A stretch of 64,000 nt of DNA from Gemmatimonadota bacterium (GCA_020348925.1 CP070758.1:434001-498000); one strand, 5' to 3'; shown: positions 48,810 through 58,644, numbered from the stretch's first letter. Translations and numbers: made by a program. Notes: generated by a model from the sequence alone, not told the origin.

Positions 48810-51434
48810 TCAACGTTTTTCACCCAGAAACCAACCAACAATAACAACGGCATCCACCACATCTATGAACCCGTCACTGTTTGCGTCGGCGGTCCAGAAT
48901 TCGATCTCGTTCGCCTCTTTCAATCCCAGGATGATATTGATCACGCTTAAAATATCAAGGACATCAATCTCACAGTTGCCGTTAACATCCCCAATCAATG
49001 GTTCCTGGATATCAATAGTGACATCTTGAATCACGCTTTTTGAGTTGGCATCAGTCACTTCCACCGAGAAAAAAGCGGTCTCAATATCGGTGGGAATGCC
49101 TTCAATCAAACCCTCATCGGAATGAAATGTACACCCTTCCGGCAGAGTACCGGATACAATAGCCCAGGTATACGGCGACCAACCCCCGTTCGCCACCACA
49201 TATCGGGAGTACGGTATGCCCACACTTCCGCAGGTGAGGTCGGCCGCCTCGATGCGCACCGGCGCCGAGTAGACAATATCGTCCGCAAAGACGTCGGACC
49301 AATTGCCGGCCGTATCTTTGTATCTGACGTACACCGTCTTTATTCCCGACTCATCAACGCCTCCGTATTCTGACAGATCCCAATCCAACCGTTCCGACAT
49401 ATAGTTTTCAGGTGGGGACCAGGATCCCCCGTCGTGACTGAACCTCATCTCATCCAAACCGCTGAGCTCCTCAAGGGCACCCAAAGCGTATAACGTCACA
49501 CTCACCGAGTATGTCGTATCAGCCCCATTGTTTATTGAGATTGTCCCTGAATTTGGAGGTGACGTATCGATGTAAAAAGGTCCAATATGGACGGGAATTC
49601 CCCAGTTGCCCGCATTGTCTCCTGCCCTAATGTGAAAATAGTGATCATCCCCATCCTCTAAAGGTGGGCTGACCGAGACCACGACACTTTCCTCAAGGTC
49701 TTTTCGCCAATCCGGCGTTGATATCGCAATCATGTCCCAATGATATGAGTATCCGTCCACCCCACTCCCCTCATCTCCCGTCCCATCCCAAAAGACGTAT
49801 ACAGTATTGGTTCCTGACCATTGACTGACACTGTGTGTGTGACTTCCTATATGTGTTGGTCCAAAGGGCGGTGTCGTATCTTTCCCGAAGCTCCAGCTCA
49901 ATTGTCCCGATGCTCCGGTTACGTGACCGTTGATATCCGAGACCTTGAAGTACAGAGTATGCATTCCATCAGACAGACCATAAAATCCTGGCACAATCCA
50001 TCCGTCATCGTTCCATTCCGTTTCCTGAAGATCCTCGAAGAGGAGCGTCCACTCGCCCCGATATGAATCGATCTGATACCATCCCTCAGCCAGTCCGAAA
50101 TCATCATAAAAACCGAAATTTGAAAACGTTGGAGCCGAGCCATACCATTGGTTCTGGGGCTCGAGAATGGCTCCCATCGTCGGCGGCAGATCGGATCCGA
50201 TCGCTCCGGCAATCTCCACGGCAAAGAGATTCGGGCCGAGATTTTCCAGAATGAGCGGTTCGATTCGTGCATGGGATGGATGAAATCCGTCACTCGTGCC
50301 ACCCACTTCCGGTGTGATCCCGAAGACCATGTTTTTGGCCGTCTGCTCACCGTACAACCAGTCGTTGGTCCCTCCATTCGTAGGGTAGATCGTCCCCGAG
50401 GCTGAATTCCCCGACTCATAGCCGTTGAAGGCCGCCATACCCTGGGTAATACTCAGAAACGTGGCGTGATCGGGTGTGTTCTCGGCCACATATCCCCAGG
50501 GGAAGAGGAGCAAATTGCCGTACGCGTGATACGAGAGAGAAATGACGATGTTATGGGTTTCAGCGAAATCGCGGATGGCTTGTGTCTCCGGTTCGGAGAA
50601 CGGTTCAGACCCTCGAAAAACGTTCGAGCCCGGAATCGGGCTCGAGCCGATATCATCGAACCCCCACATGTAACCGTAATTCCGGTTGAGATCGACGCCG
50701 TACGTGCCATCGCCATTATCGCGGCGATTCTTCCGCCACCACATGTCCACTTCAAAGACGTATTCATGACCATCGGGATTGAGCATGGGTACAAGCCAGA
50801 GCTGGCGAGTATCCACAAGGTGCGTGACCTCAGGATCCGTACCGTAATTATCCACCAGATAGTGCATGAAATGGAGAAGAATCTCCGGCGTGATGATCTC
50901 CCGGGCGTGATGACAGGCCATGTAGAGAACTTCCGGTTCATGTGCTTCCTCCTCCAAGACGTTATCGGAGATCTTGATGGCCCATATATCTCGATCTGCC
51001 AGGCCCTGTGTTTTCTCCCAGCCATCCCCTATGTCGTACAGTTTTCCGATGTCGGGGTGCGCGTCCTCAACGCTCCGCATCTCCGATAGCATCTCGGAGT
51101 ATGTATGAAAGGGCTCGAAATAGTCCTGCTGCCGCATTGCAGTGCTCAGAGCATCAAGGTCATCAATCCGAACCGTCGTCTCAAAACCAAGATCTCGGAT
51201 CTTCTTACCCTCTTCTTCTTGGACCACGACATCAATAAACCGACCACTCTTGTCGTAGTGTGTGATGTCCGGATGAAGTCTGAGCAATCGGACAACACTC
51301 GCCTCATCTTTCCCCGAAAGGTCTACACGGATCAATCTCCTCGGCAGGTCGTCAGAACGGACATTTCCTGCTGCGAGACATACGATCCCTATGCACACCA
51401 ATCGTATAAAAAGATCCTGTTGTCCATATCTCAT
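48810..51434 (-). CDS. M14 carboxypeptidase T-like + Ig-like domains + dockerin
   Basis: HHARE, WRKNRR, DLNRN, SYHAY, ITPEVG; GDVNGNCEID...ADANSDG. Confidence 0.93.
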   Translation of the reverse strand: MRYGQQDLFIRLVCIGIVCLAAGNVRSDDLPRRLIRVDLSGKDEASVVRLLRLHPDITHYDKSGRFIDVVVQEEEGKKIRDLGFETTVRIDDLDALSTAMRQQDYFEPFHTYSEMLSEMRSVEDAHPDIGKLYDIGDGWEKTQGLADRDIWAIKISDNVLEEEAHEPEVLYMACHHAREIITPEILLHFMHYLVDNYGTDPEVTHLVDTRQLWLVPMLNPDGHEYVFEVDMWWRKNRRDNGDGTYGVDLNRNYGYMWGFDDIGSSPIPGSNVFRGSEPFSEPETQAIRDFAETHNIVISLSYHAYGNLLLFPWGYVAENTPDHATFLSITQGMAAFNGYESGNSASGTIYPTNGGTNDWLYGEQTAKNMVFGITPEVGGTSDGFHPSHARIEPLILENLGPNLFAVEIAGAIGSDLPPTMGAILEPQNQWYGSAPTFSNFGFYDDFGLAEGWYQIDSYRGEWTLLFEDLQETEWNDDGWIVPGFYGLSDGMHTLYFKVSDINGHVTGASGQLSWSFGKDTTPPFGPTHIGSHTHSVSQWSGTNTVYVFWDGTGDEGSGVDGYSYHWDMIAISTPDWRKDLEESVVVSVSPPLEDGDDHYFHIRAGDNAGNWGIPVHIGPFYIDTSPPNSGTISINNGADTTYSVSVTLYALGALEELSGLDEMRFSHDGGSWSPPENYMSERLDWDLSEYGGVDESGIKTVYVRYKDTAGNWSDVFADDIVYSAPVRIEAADLTCGSVGIPYSRYVVANGGWSPYTWAIVSGTLPEGCTFHSDEGLIEGIPTDIETAFFSVEVTDANSKSVIQDVTIDIQEPLIGDVNGNCEIDVLDILSVINIILGLKEANEIEFWTADANSDGFIDVVDAVVIVGWFLGEKR

Positions 51435-51446
51435 GATGCGTTACTC

Positions 51447-52229
51447 CTACTTAATATAGAAGAAACCAAATGTCCTGGCCGCCGATCCAAAGACCCCTTT
51501 GACCCCGGGAATATGATTGACATCGGGGGAATCGGGATCTCCGGGATCGGACCTCGTATACCCGGCGTAGTTTTTGTCGACGGCGAAAATATCGATCCAG
51601 ACCTGACCCTCCCTCTCCAGATCATAGGTGGGGATGTAATAGACCGTATCGGAAAAAGCATACGACTCGAATGTTACGGAGCTTCTCTGCGTCACGTGTA
51701 TGTAATACTCCTCCGCCCCCTCGCTTTTCGACCATCTTAACCTGAGAAAAGACTGCTGTTCAACACTGTCACCATACCCAGGGTAGAGTATCTGAAAATA
51801 GCCGGGAACCGTGGTCGTGGCTGAGAGCGTTTTCCCGTCCTGAGCTCTCACATCCAGGGTGTAGGTCGAGCTGTGCTGGACGCGAAAGGTCTCCGTGGCC
51901 CGATAGGTGCCGGACTGACCCGCCACTTCGGGCAGGATGACTTCCCGGTCATCCCCGGACAGGCGCACGATGGCCCCTGAAACGGCAATATCCATGTCCG
52001 GCTGTTCGATATCCAGCGTCCGCTCCACGTGGACGCTGCTGGGCCCGATATCCGTCCGGAGGAGACAATGAACGGACAGCGTCTCCTCATACGCAACATC
52101 GGAGGTGGGGATCTCTATACATCCGCCCACCAGAAACAGACTTGAGATCACGATAGCACACCACATATCTCTTGTCGCGCCGGGATGATTAAACAGGCTC
52201 ATCTTGATTGCCAATTTTTCTCTTTCCAT
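51447..52229 (-). CDS. DUF4249-like lipoprotein
   Basis: Lipobox LVGGC, VSGAIVRL, GTY, ATTTVP, NHIPGVKGVFGS; follows a TonB receptor. Confidence 0.8.
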   Translation of the reverse strand: MEREKLAIKMSLFNHPGATRDMWCAIVISSLFLVGGCIEIPTSDVAYEETLSVHCLLRTDIGPSSVHVERTLDIEQPDMDIAVSGAIVRLSGDDREVILPEVAGQSGTYRATETFRVQHSSTYTLDVRAQDGKTLSATTTVPGYFQILYPGYGDSVEQQSFLRLRWSKSEGAEEYYIHVTQRSSVTFESYAFSDTVYYIPTYDLEREGQVWIDIFAVDKNYAGYTRSDPGDPDSPDVNHIPGVKGVFGSAARTFGFFYIK

Positions 52230-52250
52230 TTATCAGTTCTTCCGTTCCAT

Positions 52251-54494
52251 CTAAAACGTCGCCCGAAAGCCCAAGGTCGGCAGAAGGGGAAACATTGTCA
52301 CCTCCTTCCTCTTCGGGGGTGACACGTCATAGTCGAAGTAGTACCACAGAACATTCTTTTTGTTAATAACATTGATGACCTGGACGTACATCTGCAGATC
52401 CCAGTTCTTGAAGGCGAACGTCCGGGCCAGACTGAAGTCAAGCCGGTTGTACACCGGGTATCGAAAGCCGTTCTTCGTCCCTTCCATGTTTTTCCAGTCA
52501 TCCACGCCGTAGTCTTCCCAACTCCCGTCCCAGAAATTATACTCCCTGTGTTTATATCGGCCGATGATCCTTGAGTACGGCAGGCCGCTGCCGGCCGTCC
52601 ATCGAACGTTCATTCCCCACTTGTCATTCAGAGGATAGGTCAGGACGCCGTTGAGCGCGTGCCGTCGATCGTACTTGGTGTAATAGCTCACCCCGTTCAC
52701 CTCCTTCTTCGTCTGCGCGTAGCCGTACCCGACCCAGCCCAAAAGCTTTCCCACAGTCTTCTTGACCAGGACCTCCACCCCCCAAGCCTCTCCCCTGCCT
52801 GTGTAGAAAAAATCATCCTCGTTGATAAACTCCCGGTTCACGGCCAGTATGTCTTTGATCTCCTTGAAATATCCCTCAAGGGTCAGGTTCACTTCCGGCG
52901 AAACCCACTGCTCCAAGCCAAGAATGTAGTGAGCGGCCCGGCCGGGTTTTTTCTCACCATCGGCAAACCACATCTCCATGGGTATGTAAAGGTCCTCATC
53001 GTTGAACGTCTTGAGATATTGATAGTAGATACCCCAGGAGCCGTTCAGGGCCAGATCCTCACTGAGCCGGTACCTGAAACCGAGCCTCGGCGCCGCCCGC
53101 CAGAAATCTCCGAGGTTGAACCGGCTCAGCCTGATCCCGGGCTGTATCGACAGCAGCGGCGTGAGGGCCCATTTGTCCTGAAGGTAAAAATCGATCTCAG
53201 CCGGCCGCGTCGCATTCTCCAGCCCGACGTTCAAATCGACCGTGACGAGGTACGAGAACTTGTAGTTTCTCATCAGCATCCCGAAACGCAGCTCATGATC
53301 GTCCGAAGCGAGAAAGGTCCAGTCGCCCTGAAGCGTGGCGTCCTGTATCCTGTTGCGCATGACGAAGTGTTCGTCGTTGTCGGCATCCACGTCCGTGAAA
53401 AACGAGGTCCATGAAAGCAGAACATTGGATATCACTCTCGTTCCGATAATGGACTGCCACGTAAGACCGACCGTTTTATTTCCCCAGGCCCAGTAGACGT
53501 CTTCCTGTTCCTCCTCATCGGGATCGTCCTCCTCATAATCGAAAATGTCCTTGCCGTACAATCCGCTCAGAATGAGGCGATTGTTCGGCCCCAGGGCATA
53601 GTTGATCTTGCCGTGAAAATCGTAGAAATAGTAGGGGAACTCTCTGTTGAACATCGGCACAATCTTGTCGAAATAGGTTCGCCGACCGGACAACATCCAC
53701 GATCCTTTCGGGGATGGACCTTCGAGAGACAACTTGGAGCTGAGGAGACTCACCTCCGCGACGCCTTGCATCTCCTGGCTGTTCCCGTCCTTGTTGATCA
53801 CGTTCAAAACAGAGGCCAAACGACCGCCGTACTGTGCCGGGAATCCGCCCAAAAGCAGTTCGGCCTCCTTGACCGCATCCACGTTGAATGTGCTGAAAAT
53901 GCCTCCGAGATGATAGGGATTGTAGACCGTGACGCCGTCCAAAAGGATGAGGTTCTGATCAGGGCTGCTCCCTCTGACGTAGAGCTGGCTAAAAAAGTCG
54001 TTCTGGGCCATCACACCAGGCAGCATTTGGAGGGACCGGAAGAGATCGGCCTCGGCCAGGGAGGGCATCATGCGGAGTTCCCGTGTACTCAATGACCGGT
54101 TGCTGACAGTGACCTCCGTTTCAAACTTGGCCCGCTCGCCGCTGGAAATAACGGCCTCCATTTCAATCACATTCAGCTCCAGGGAGGCATCGAAGGTGGC
54201 CGTCTGACCCGCTTTCACGGTGATGTCGCCCTCGGTTTTTTTGTAACCCACAATCGATGCCACGACGCGGTACGTCCCATCAGGCACGTTGTGAATGACG
54301 TAGTAGCCGTTCATGCCCGTCACCGCTCCCAACCCCGTCCCACGCACCAGGACGTTGACATAGGGCAGCGTCTCGCCGTTTGAGCCGTCTCTGATGACCC
54401 CGCGTATCAGGCCCGTGTTCTCAAAACCCAGATGAACTGAAACAAGGCAGAACAGCAAGAGGCACAGAAAGAGATGTGTACGACTTTTCAGCAT
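52251..54494 (-). CDS. TonB-dependent receptor with N-terminal carboxypeptidase-regulatory-like domain
   Basis: GETLPYVNV, LPGV, VRGSSPDQNLILLDG, GGFPAQYGGRL, YNRLD, terminal Phe. Confidence 0.95.
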   Translation of the reverse strand: MLKSRTHLFLCLLLFCLVSVHLGFENTGLIRGVIRDGSNGETLPYVNVLVRGTGLGAVTGMNGYYVIHNVPDGTYRVVASIVGYKKTEGDITVKAGQTATFDASLELNVIEMEAVISSGERAKFETEVTVSNRSLSTRELRMMPSLAEADLFRSLQMLPGVMAQNDFFSQLYVRGSSPDQNLILLDGVTVYNPYHLGGIFSTFNVDAVKEAELLLGGFPAQYGGRLASVLNVINKDGNSQEMQGVAEVSLLSSKLSLEGPSPKGSWMLSGRRTYFDKIVPMFNREFPYYFYDFHGKINYALGPNNRLILSGLYGKDIFDYEEDDPDEEEQEDVYWAWGNKTVGLTWQSIIGTRVISNVLLSWTSFFTDVDADNDEHFVMRNRIQDATLQGDWTFLASDDHELRFGMLMRNYKFSYLVTVDLNVGLENATRPAEIDFYLQDKWALTPLLSIQPGIRLSRFNLGDFWRAAPRLGFRYRLSEDLALNGSWGIYYQYLKTFNDEDLYIPMEMWFADGEKKPGRAAHYILGLEQWVSPEVNLTLEGYFKEIKDILAVNREFINEDDFFYTGRGEAWGVEVLVKKTVGKLLGWVGYGYAQTKKEVNGVSYYTKYDRRHALNGVLTYPLNDKWGMNVRWTAGSGLPYSRIIGRYKHREYNFWDGSWEDYGVDDWKNMEGTKNGFRYPVYNRLDFSLARTFAFKNWDLQMYVQVINVINKKNVLWYYFDYDVSPPKRKEVTMFPLLPTLGFRATF

Positions 54495-54561
54495 GATATA
54501 TGTGAGACAAGGCTATCTCTATTATGTTTCAATGGAATTTTGAGAGAGAAAACATTTATTA

Positions 54562-54583
54562 TTGGAAGCATACAGCTTACCAA
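54562..54583 (-). promoter_or_regulatory. Bacterial SECIS hairpin
   Basis: Minus strand UUGG-U-AAGC-UGUAU-GCUU-CCAA; apical loop with G begins 18 nt after the in-frame UGA; bulged U. Confidence 0.75.
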
Positions 54584-54808
54584 TTACACTTTTCACGTCC
54601 CCCCAAAACCGATGGACACACTATCTCCCTCAACGATGACGGGCACGACCCTCTCGCCTTTCGAGTAGACCAGCATGTTCTCCAGCGAGGCCTCATTTTC
54701 CATCACATCGATGTATTCGACCGTATAGCCTCTTCGAACATAAACCTCGCGGGCCTTCTTCGTAAACGGACAGGCCTCTTTACCGTAGACCACAATTTTT
54801 CTATCCAT
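54584..54808 (-). CDS. Uxx-star-family glutaredoxin-like selenoprotein (C-terminus GGT-U-KV)
   Basis: YGKEACPFT, VPVIVEG..VSIGFGGT then TGA AAA GTG TAA, followed by a SECIS. Confidence 0.85.
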
Positions 54809-54811
54809 TTT

Positions 54812-57346
54812 TCACCCCTCTAGAATGACCCGAACAATGCCCACGATATCCAGAATATCGATCTCCCCGTCATCGTTGTAATCCGCCCGCCAGAATTCCC
54901 CCGAATCGGGTTGATGCAACCCCAGAATGATGTTGACGCACAGAAGGACATCGAGGAGGTCAATCCGGGTATCGTCATTCACATCGCCCTTCATGCTCTC
55001 CGAATGAAACCAGTCGAAGAAGGTATCCATGGCAGGATGATTGGTGACGTTCACCGGATGGCTGCCGTCCATGTTGGCCACAAAGATATCCATATTTTCA
55101 TCACCGCAGAACTGGATGTACGCAATTTTTGAGCCGTCCGGCGACCAGACCGGCAGCCAGGCTATTGTCGTCGTATCCGCGGTGTCGGTGACAGCCGTTT
55201 CAGTCAACGTCTCCACGTCGATAACATAAACCGCCCAGGGACCGCGGAGAAGGCCTTCTTGGAACCAATCCCCCGGACCCAGATACCGCTCGAAAGCCAC
55301 ATACCGACCGTCCGGCGACCAGACGGGATCGTGGTCCGAGTTTTCATTGTACGTCAATCTTTCAACAGGCCCCTGCCCATCCGTGATGTCCATAATGTAA
55401 AGCTGCTCCCTGCCGGTATCCCGATCCGATTTGAACACGATCTTCGACCCGTCCGGTGAAAACTCCGGATCGTTGTCAATGATATTTTCATTCCGCGTCA
55501 GTGTATCAACAACCTCCCCTGTCTTCGGTTCCATGATATATATCTCGTCATCACCGTCCATCCATGAGACGAACAGCATCTGCGATCCATCCGGCGACCA
55601 CGAAGAGTGGCCGTCAATGACGCTGTTTGACGTCAGTCTCCTCTCCTCCCCGCTGGCCACATCGAGATCGAATACCTCCCAGGAGAAAACATCACCAGGG
55701 TTCAACTCCCGGGTGAAGGTGACCCTCACTTCTGAGGCCGGTTCCAACAACTCTGACTTCGACACAATCTTAGATTGACCTCCCTCTTTCCGGACAAAAA
55801 CATCCGGAAGCTCTTCATGGTAGGTGTTGTAGGTCAATCTGGAAATATGTGAGCCATCCATATTCATCAGGTAAAACTCATCCAAGGGGTCGTCCCGATT
55901 GGAGGTGAACACCATCTTTCCGGTCAGCTCCACATCGATGCCCGGTGAAGCGCCGTGACTGTCGGAGGAGGAGCTAAAGTTCCCGGCCGTATCCATGGCC
56001 GTCACGGTGTACTCATAGATGAGTCCGTTCGACAAGCCCGTATCTCGGTAAGCTGGCCAAAAGCTGAAATCGAGAAACTGAAAATCGGGCTCACCCTGCC
56101 CCTTCCGGAAGAGGGCGTAGAAGAACATATCCGGATCGGAGTTCGGATACCAGAAGACGGTCAGCGTCCCCTCGCCCGGGACGAATTGTCGTATTTTCGG
56201 TGTGGCCGGGGGAGCAGTGTCCTCGCCGGGCACAACTTCCAGGGTGAAGATGATGTCAGGCAGACTATCGATCTCCGTGGTCCCAGCCCACGGATACCAA
56301 TCAGGCTGCTCTTCGAAGGAGAACTCCGGCTCAGGCGTCACTTTGTGTCGATCCGATCCATCCGGGTTGACCACATAGATATCCCCGATGTCCCTGAGAT
56401 CCTCGCTGATCACCCAGAAGACCAGCTTCGTGCCGTCCGGCGACCACGCGGGCATGATGTCAACGACATCGTTGCGGCTGATCTCGATCTCATCGTCCCC
56501 GTCGATATCGATGACGTACAGATCCCAATCGCCGAGCCCATAGTTTCCGATATCGTTGACGTGTCTGTAAAAAGCCACCCGAGTTCCGTCAGGCGAAATC
56601 TTGGGATCAAAATCTCCGAACCGAAAGGGTCCGGTACTGATGCCGGGAATCCGGGGAAACGTCAACTGCCTCTGGTTCGTACCGTCGTCATTCATGAGCC
56701 ACACCCCGGAAGTCATTGTCGGATCACTCAGGACCTCCTTTTTGAAAACAATGGTTCCACCCACCCAGTGAGGATCGGCCTCCAGAGTGTCCGGGGTATT
56801 GGTCAGGTTGACGATGTTCTCCCCGTTCACATCCATGATGAAAAGATCCAGGTCCAGTCCTCCCGGCGGGCTGTTCCGGCTGGAGGCAAACAGGATTCGA
56901 TCCCCTTCCGGAGACCAGACAGGAACCGCGTCAATGATGTTATCATTGTCGGTTAACAATTGAGGCTCGGAACCGTCGATGTTTCTGATACCGATCTCCG
57001 AGGAGAAGGCGTCGTCCTCGTTGATGTTACCATCCCCGTTGAGATCCTCGGTAAATCGCGAAAAGAGGATTTTCGTCCCATCCGGTGAGACGTGAACGTG
57101 GTTCTCCTGATAGGGCGTCTCACTGAGCCTGACCCGATGTGATCCATCGATATTCATCGACGCAATTGAGTACCACGCGGCAGAGAAGCGGTGGACGTCC
57201 ATCCGCTCTGTCCCCCTGAGGAGTGATTTCCTCCTCAGAAATTCCTGCAGAGGAGAGCGAAGAGGGAAGGAGGTATCGACTGCTAACCCAATATTTGAGG
57301 CAGTGACCAGTATCAAACAGAAAAGCACGATGGGACATCTCTTCAT
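54812..57346 (-). CDS. TolB-like (PD40 repeat) double propeller + FN3 + dockerin protein
   Basis: Many WSPDG repeats in two blocks, YEYTVTAMDTAGN FN3, GDVNDDTRID...ADYNDDG. Confidence 0.9.
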   Translation of the reverse strand: MKRCPIVLFCLILVTASNIGLAVDTSFPLRSPLQEFLRRKSLLRGTERMDVHRFSAAWYSIASMNIDGSHRVRLSETPYQENHVHVSPDGTKILFSRFTEDLNGDGNINEDDAFSSEIGIRNIDGSEPQLLTDNDNIIDAVPVWSPEGDRILFASSRNSPPGGLDLDLFIMDVNGENIVNLTNTPDTLEADPHWVGGTIVFKKEVLSDPTMTSGVWLMNDDGTNQRQLTFPRIPGISTGPFRFGDFDPKISPDGTRVAFYRHVNDIGNYGLGDWDLYVIDIDGDDEIEISRNDVVDIMPAWSPDGTKLVFWVISEDLRDIGDIYVVNPDGSDRHKVTPEPEFSFEEQPDWYPWAGTTEIDSLPDIIFTLEVVPGEDTAPPATPKIRQFVPGEGTLTVFWYPNSDPDMFFYALFRKGQGEPDFQFLDFSFWPAYRDTGLSNGLIYEYTVTAMDTAGNFSSSSDSHGASPGIDVELTGKMVFTSNRDDPLDEFYLMNMDGSHISRLTYNTYHEELPDVFVRKEGGQSKIVSKSELLEPASEVRVTFTRELNPGDVFSWEVFDLDVASGEERRLTSNSVIDGHSSWSPDGSQMLFVSWMDGDDEIYIMEPKTGEVVDTLTRNENIIDNDPEFSPDGSKIVFKSDRDTGREQLYIMDITDGQGPVERLTYNENSDHDPVWSPDGRYVAFERYLGPGDWFQEGLLRGPWAVYVIDVETLTETAVTDTADTTTIAWLPVWSPDGSKIAYIQFCGDENMDIFVANMDGSHPVNVTNHPAMDTFFDWFHSESMKGDVNDDTRIDLLDVLLCVNIILGLHQPDSGEFWRADYNDDGEIDILDIVGIVRVILEG

Positions 57347-57599
57347 TTATTGAGACTCTCTCGGGAGCATGCTCGGCGACGTGAGAATGAAAGCGCTCCT
57401 TGAATGAAACATTGATACTGGAAAAATTATCGCGCTCGTACAAGAACCATAAGACTCACAAGTTCAGACAATGTATTTAAATAAACGGACCGCCCCTGAA
57501 AAAGTCAAGGAAAAAGGTCGATCGAACGGAGAGAGAGACCGGGAAAAAATGTTACCATCGTATCTCTGAAATTTTCAGAAAAAAGATTTGAAAAAAGGG

Positions 57600-57628
57600 T
57601 TGACATTTGTACCCAAGAATGTTATCAT
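57600..57628 (+). promoter_or_regulatory. sigma70-like promoter
   Basis: TTGACA-N17-TATCAT with TG extension. Confidence 0.65.
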
Positions 57629-57672
57629 TCAATAGGTTTTCTGTCGCAGTACCGGACTCGGCGAGGAAAAGT

Positions 57673-58644
57673 ATGAGAGGCATATGCACTGTGGGGATGG
57701 CTCTCCTGTTTTGGATCAACAGCGGGTACTCCAACATCATTATTACCGAGGTCGCTATGAAAGCGAATCCCGATTGGGTAGAGATTTATAATGCCGGATC
57801 CTGGAGTGTCGACGTCTCTGGATTCAGACTGACGGATCTGGACGGCACGGACAGTATTTTCGCCTCAGCCTCAGCAACGCTCCTGCCAAATTCCTATGCA
57901 CTCATTCACTGGTCCGCGGGTACGGACGAGACAGACGATGTGGGCGATCTCTATCCCCGGAACGGTTGCATCGATCTTTATTTGAACGACAAAGATTTAA
58001 CCGGTACGGACGATCAGGCGGTTTTGACTGCCGGCGCCGACACCATCGATGCAGTCCTCTGGTCCAACGGTGACGGCGGAGGTCGAAATGACGAACTGAA
58101 CGATTTTAATATACTTACACCTGAGTTCTGGGATTCTCAGGATGTTGCCGATTGGATCGGATATGAAAGGTTTGCCTGGTCAGATACCGACGAAATGAGC
58201 GCAAAGGAATCGCTGGCTCGATATGTCAACGGAGCGGACGGTTACATTGATACGAATCGAAAAAACGATTGGTACAGGGCGGTCAACCCGACACCAGGCA
58301 GCCAAAATGATATGATCCTCTCTGTTCAGGCTGAACAAACTCCGGTACCTTTCATCATGGCTCTTGTCCAAAACTACCCGAATCCGTTTCGCACAAGAAC
58401 TACTATCAGATATCAGACCGGAAATCTCAGATCACCTCTCCATGGAACTCTTAGAATATATAATATCCTGAGCCAGGAAGTGAAGCTGCTTGTTGATGGG
58501 CCACTAATGAATGGCGATCATTCGGTTTCATGGAATGGAACCGATAACGACGATCATGATGTCGTGAGCGGAGTGTATTTTTTTCAATTTGAAATAGAGA
58601 ACGGTCGTTGGTCGGAGACAAAAAAGATGATTGTGCTTCGTTAA
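57673..58644 (+). CDS. Lamin-tail-domain protein with T9SS/FlgD-type CTD
   Basis: IIITEV...DWVEIYN...VDVSGFRLTD, PTPGSQN, QNYPNPF; start reset to ATG 57673. Confidence 0.85.
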   Translation: MRGICTVGMALLFWINSGYSNIIITEVAMKANPDWVEIYNAGSWSVDVSGFRLTDLDGTDSIFASASATLLPNSYALIHWSAGTDETDDVGDLYPRNGCIDLYLNDKDLTGTDDQAVLTAGADTIDAVLWSNGDGGGRNDELNDFNILTPEFWDSQDVADWIGYERFAWSDTDEMSAKESLARYVNGADGYIDTNRKNDWYRAVNPTPGSQNDMILSVQAEQTPVPFIMALVQNYPNPFRTRTTIRYQTGNLRSPLHGTLRIYNILSQEVKLLVDGPLMNGDHSVSWNGTDNDDHDVVSGVYFFQFEIENGRWSETKKMIVLR

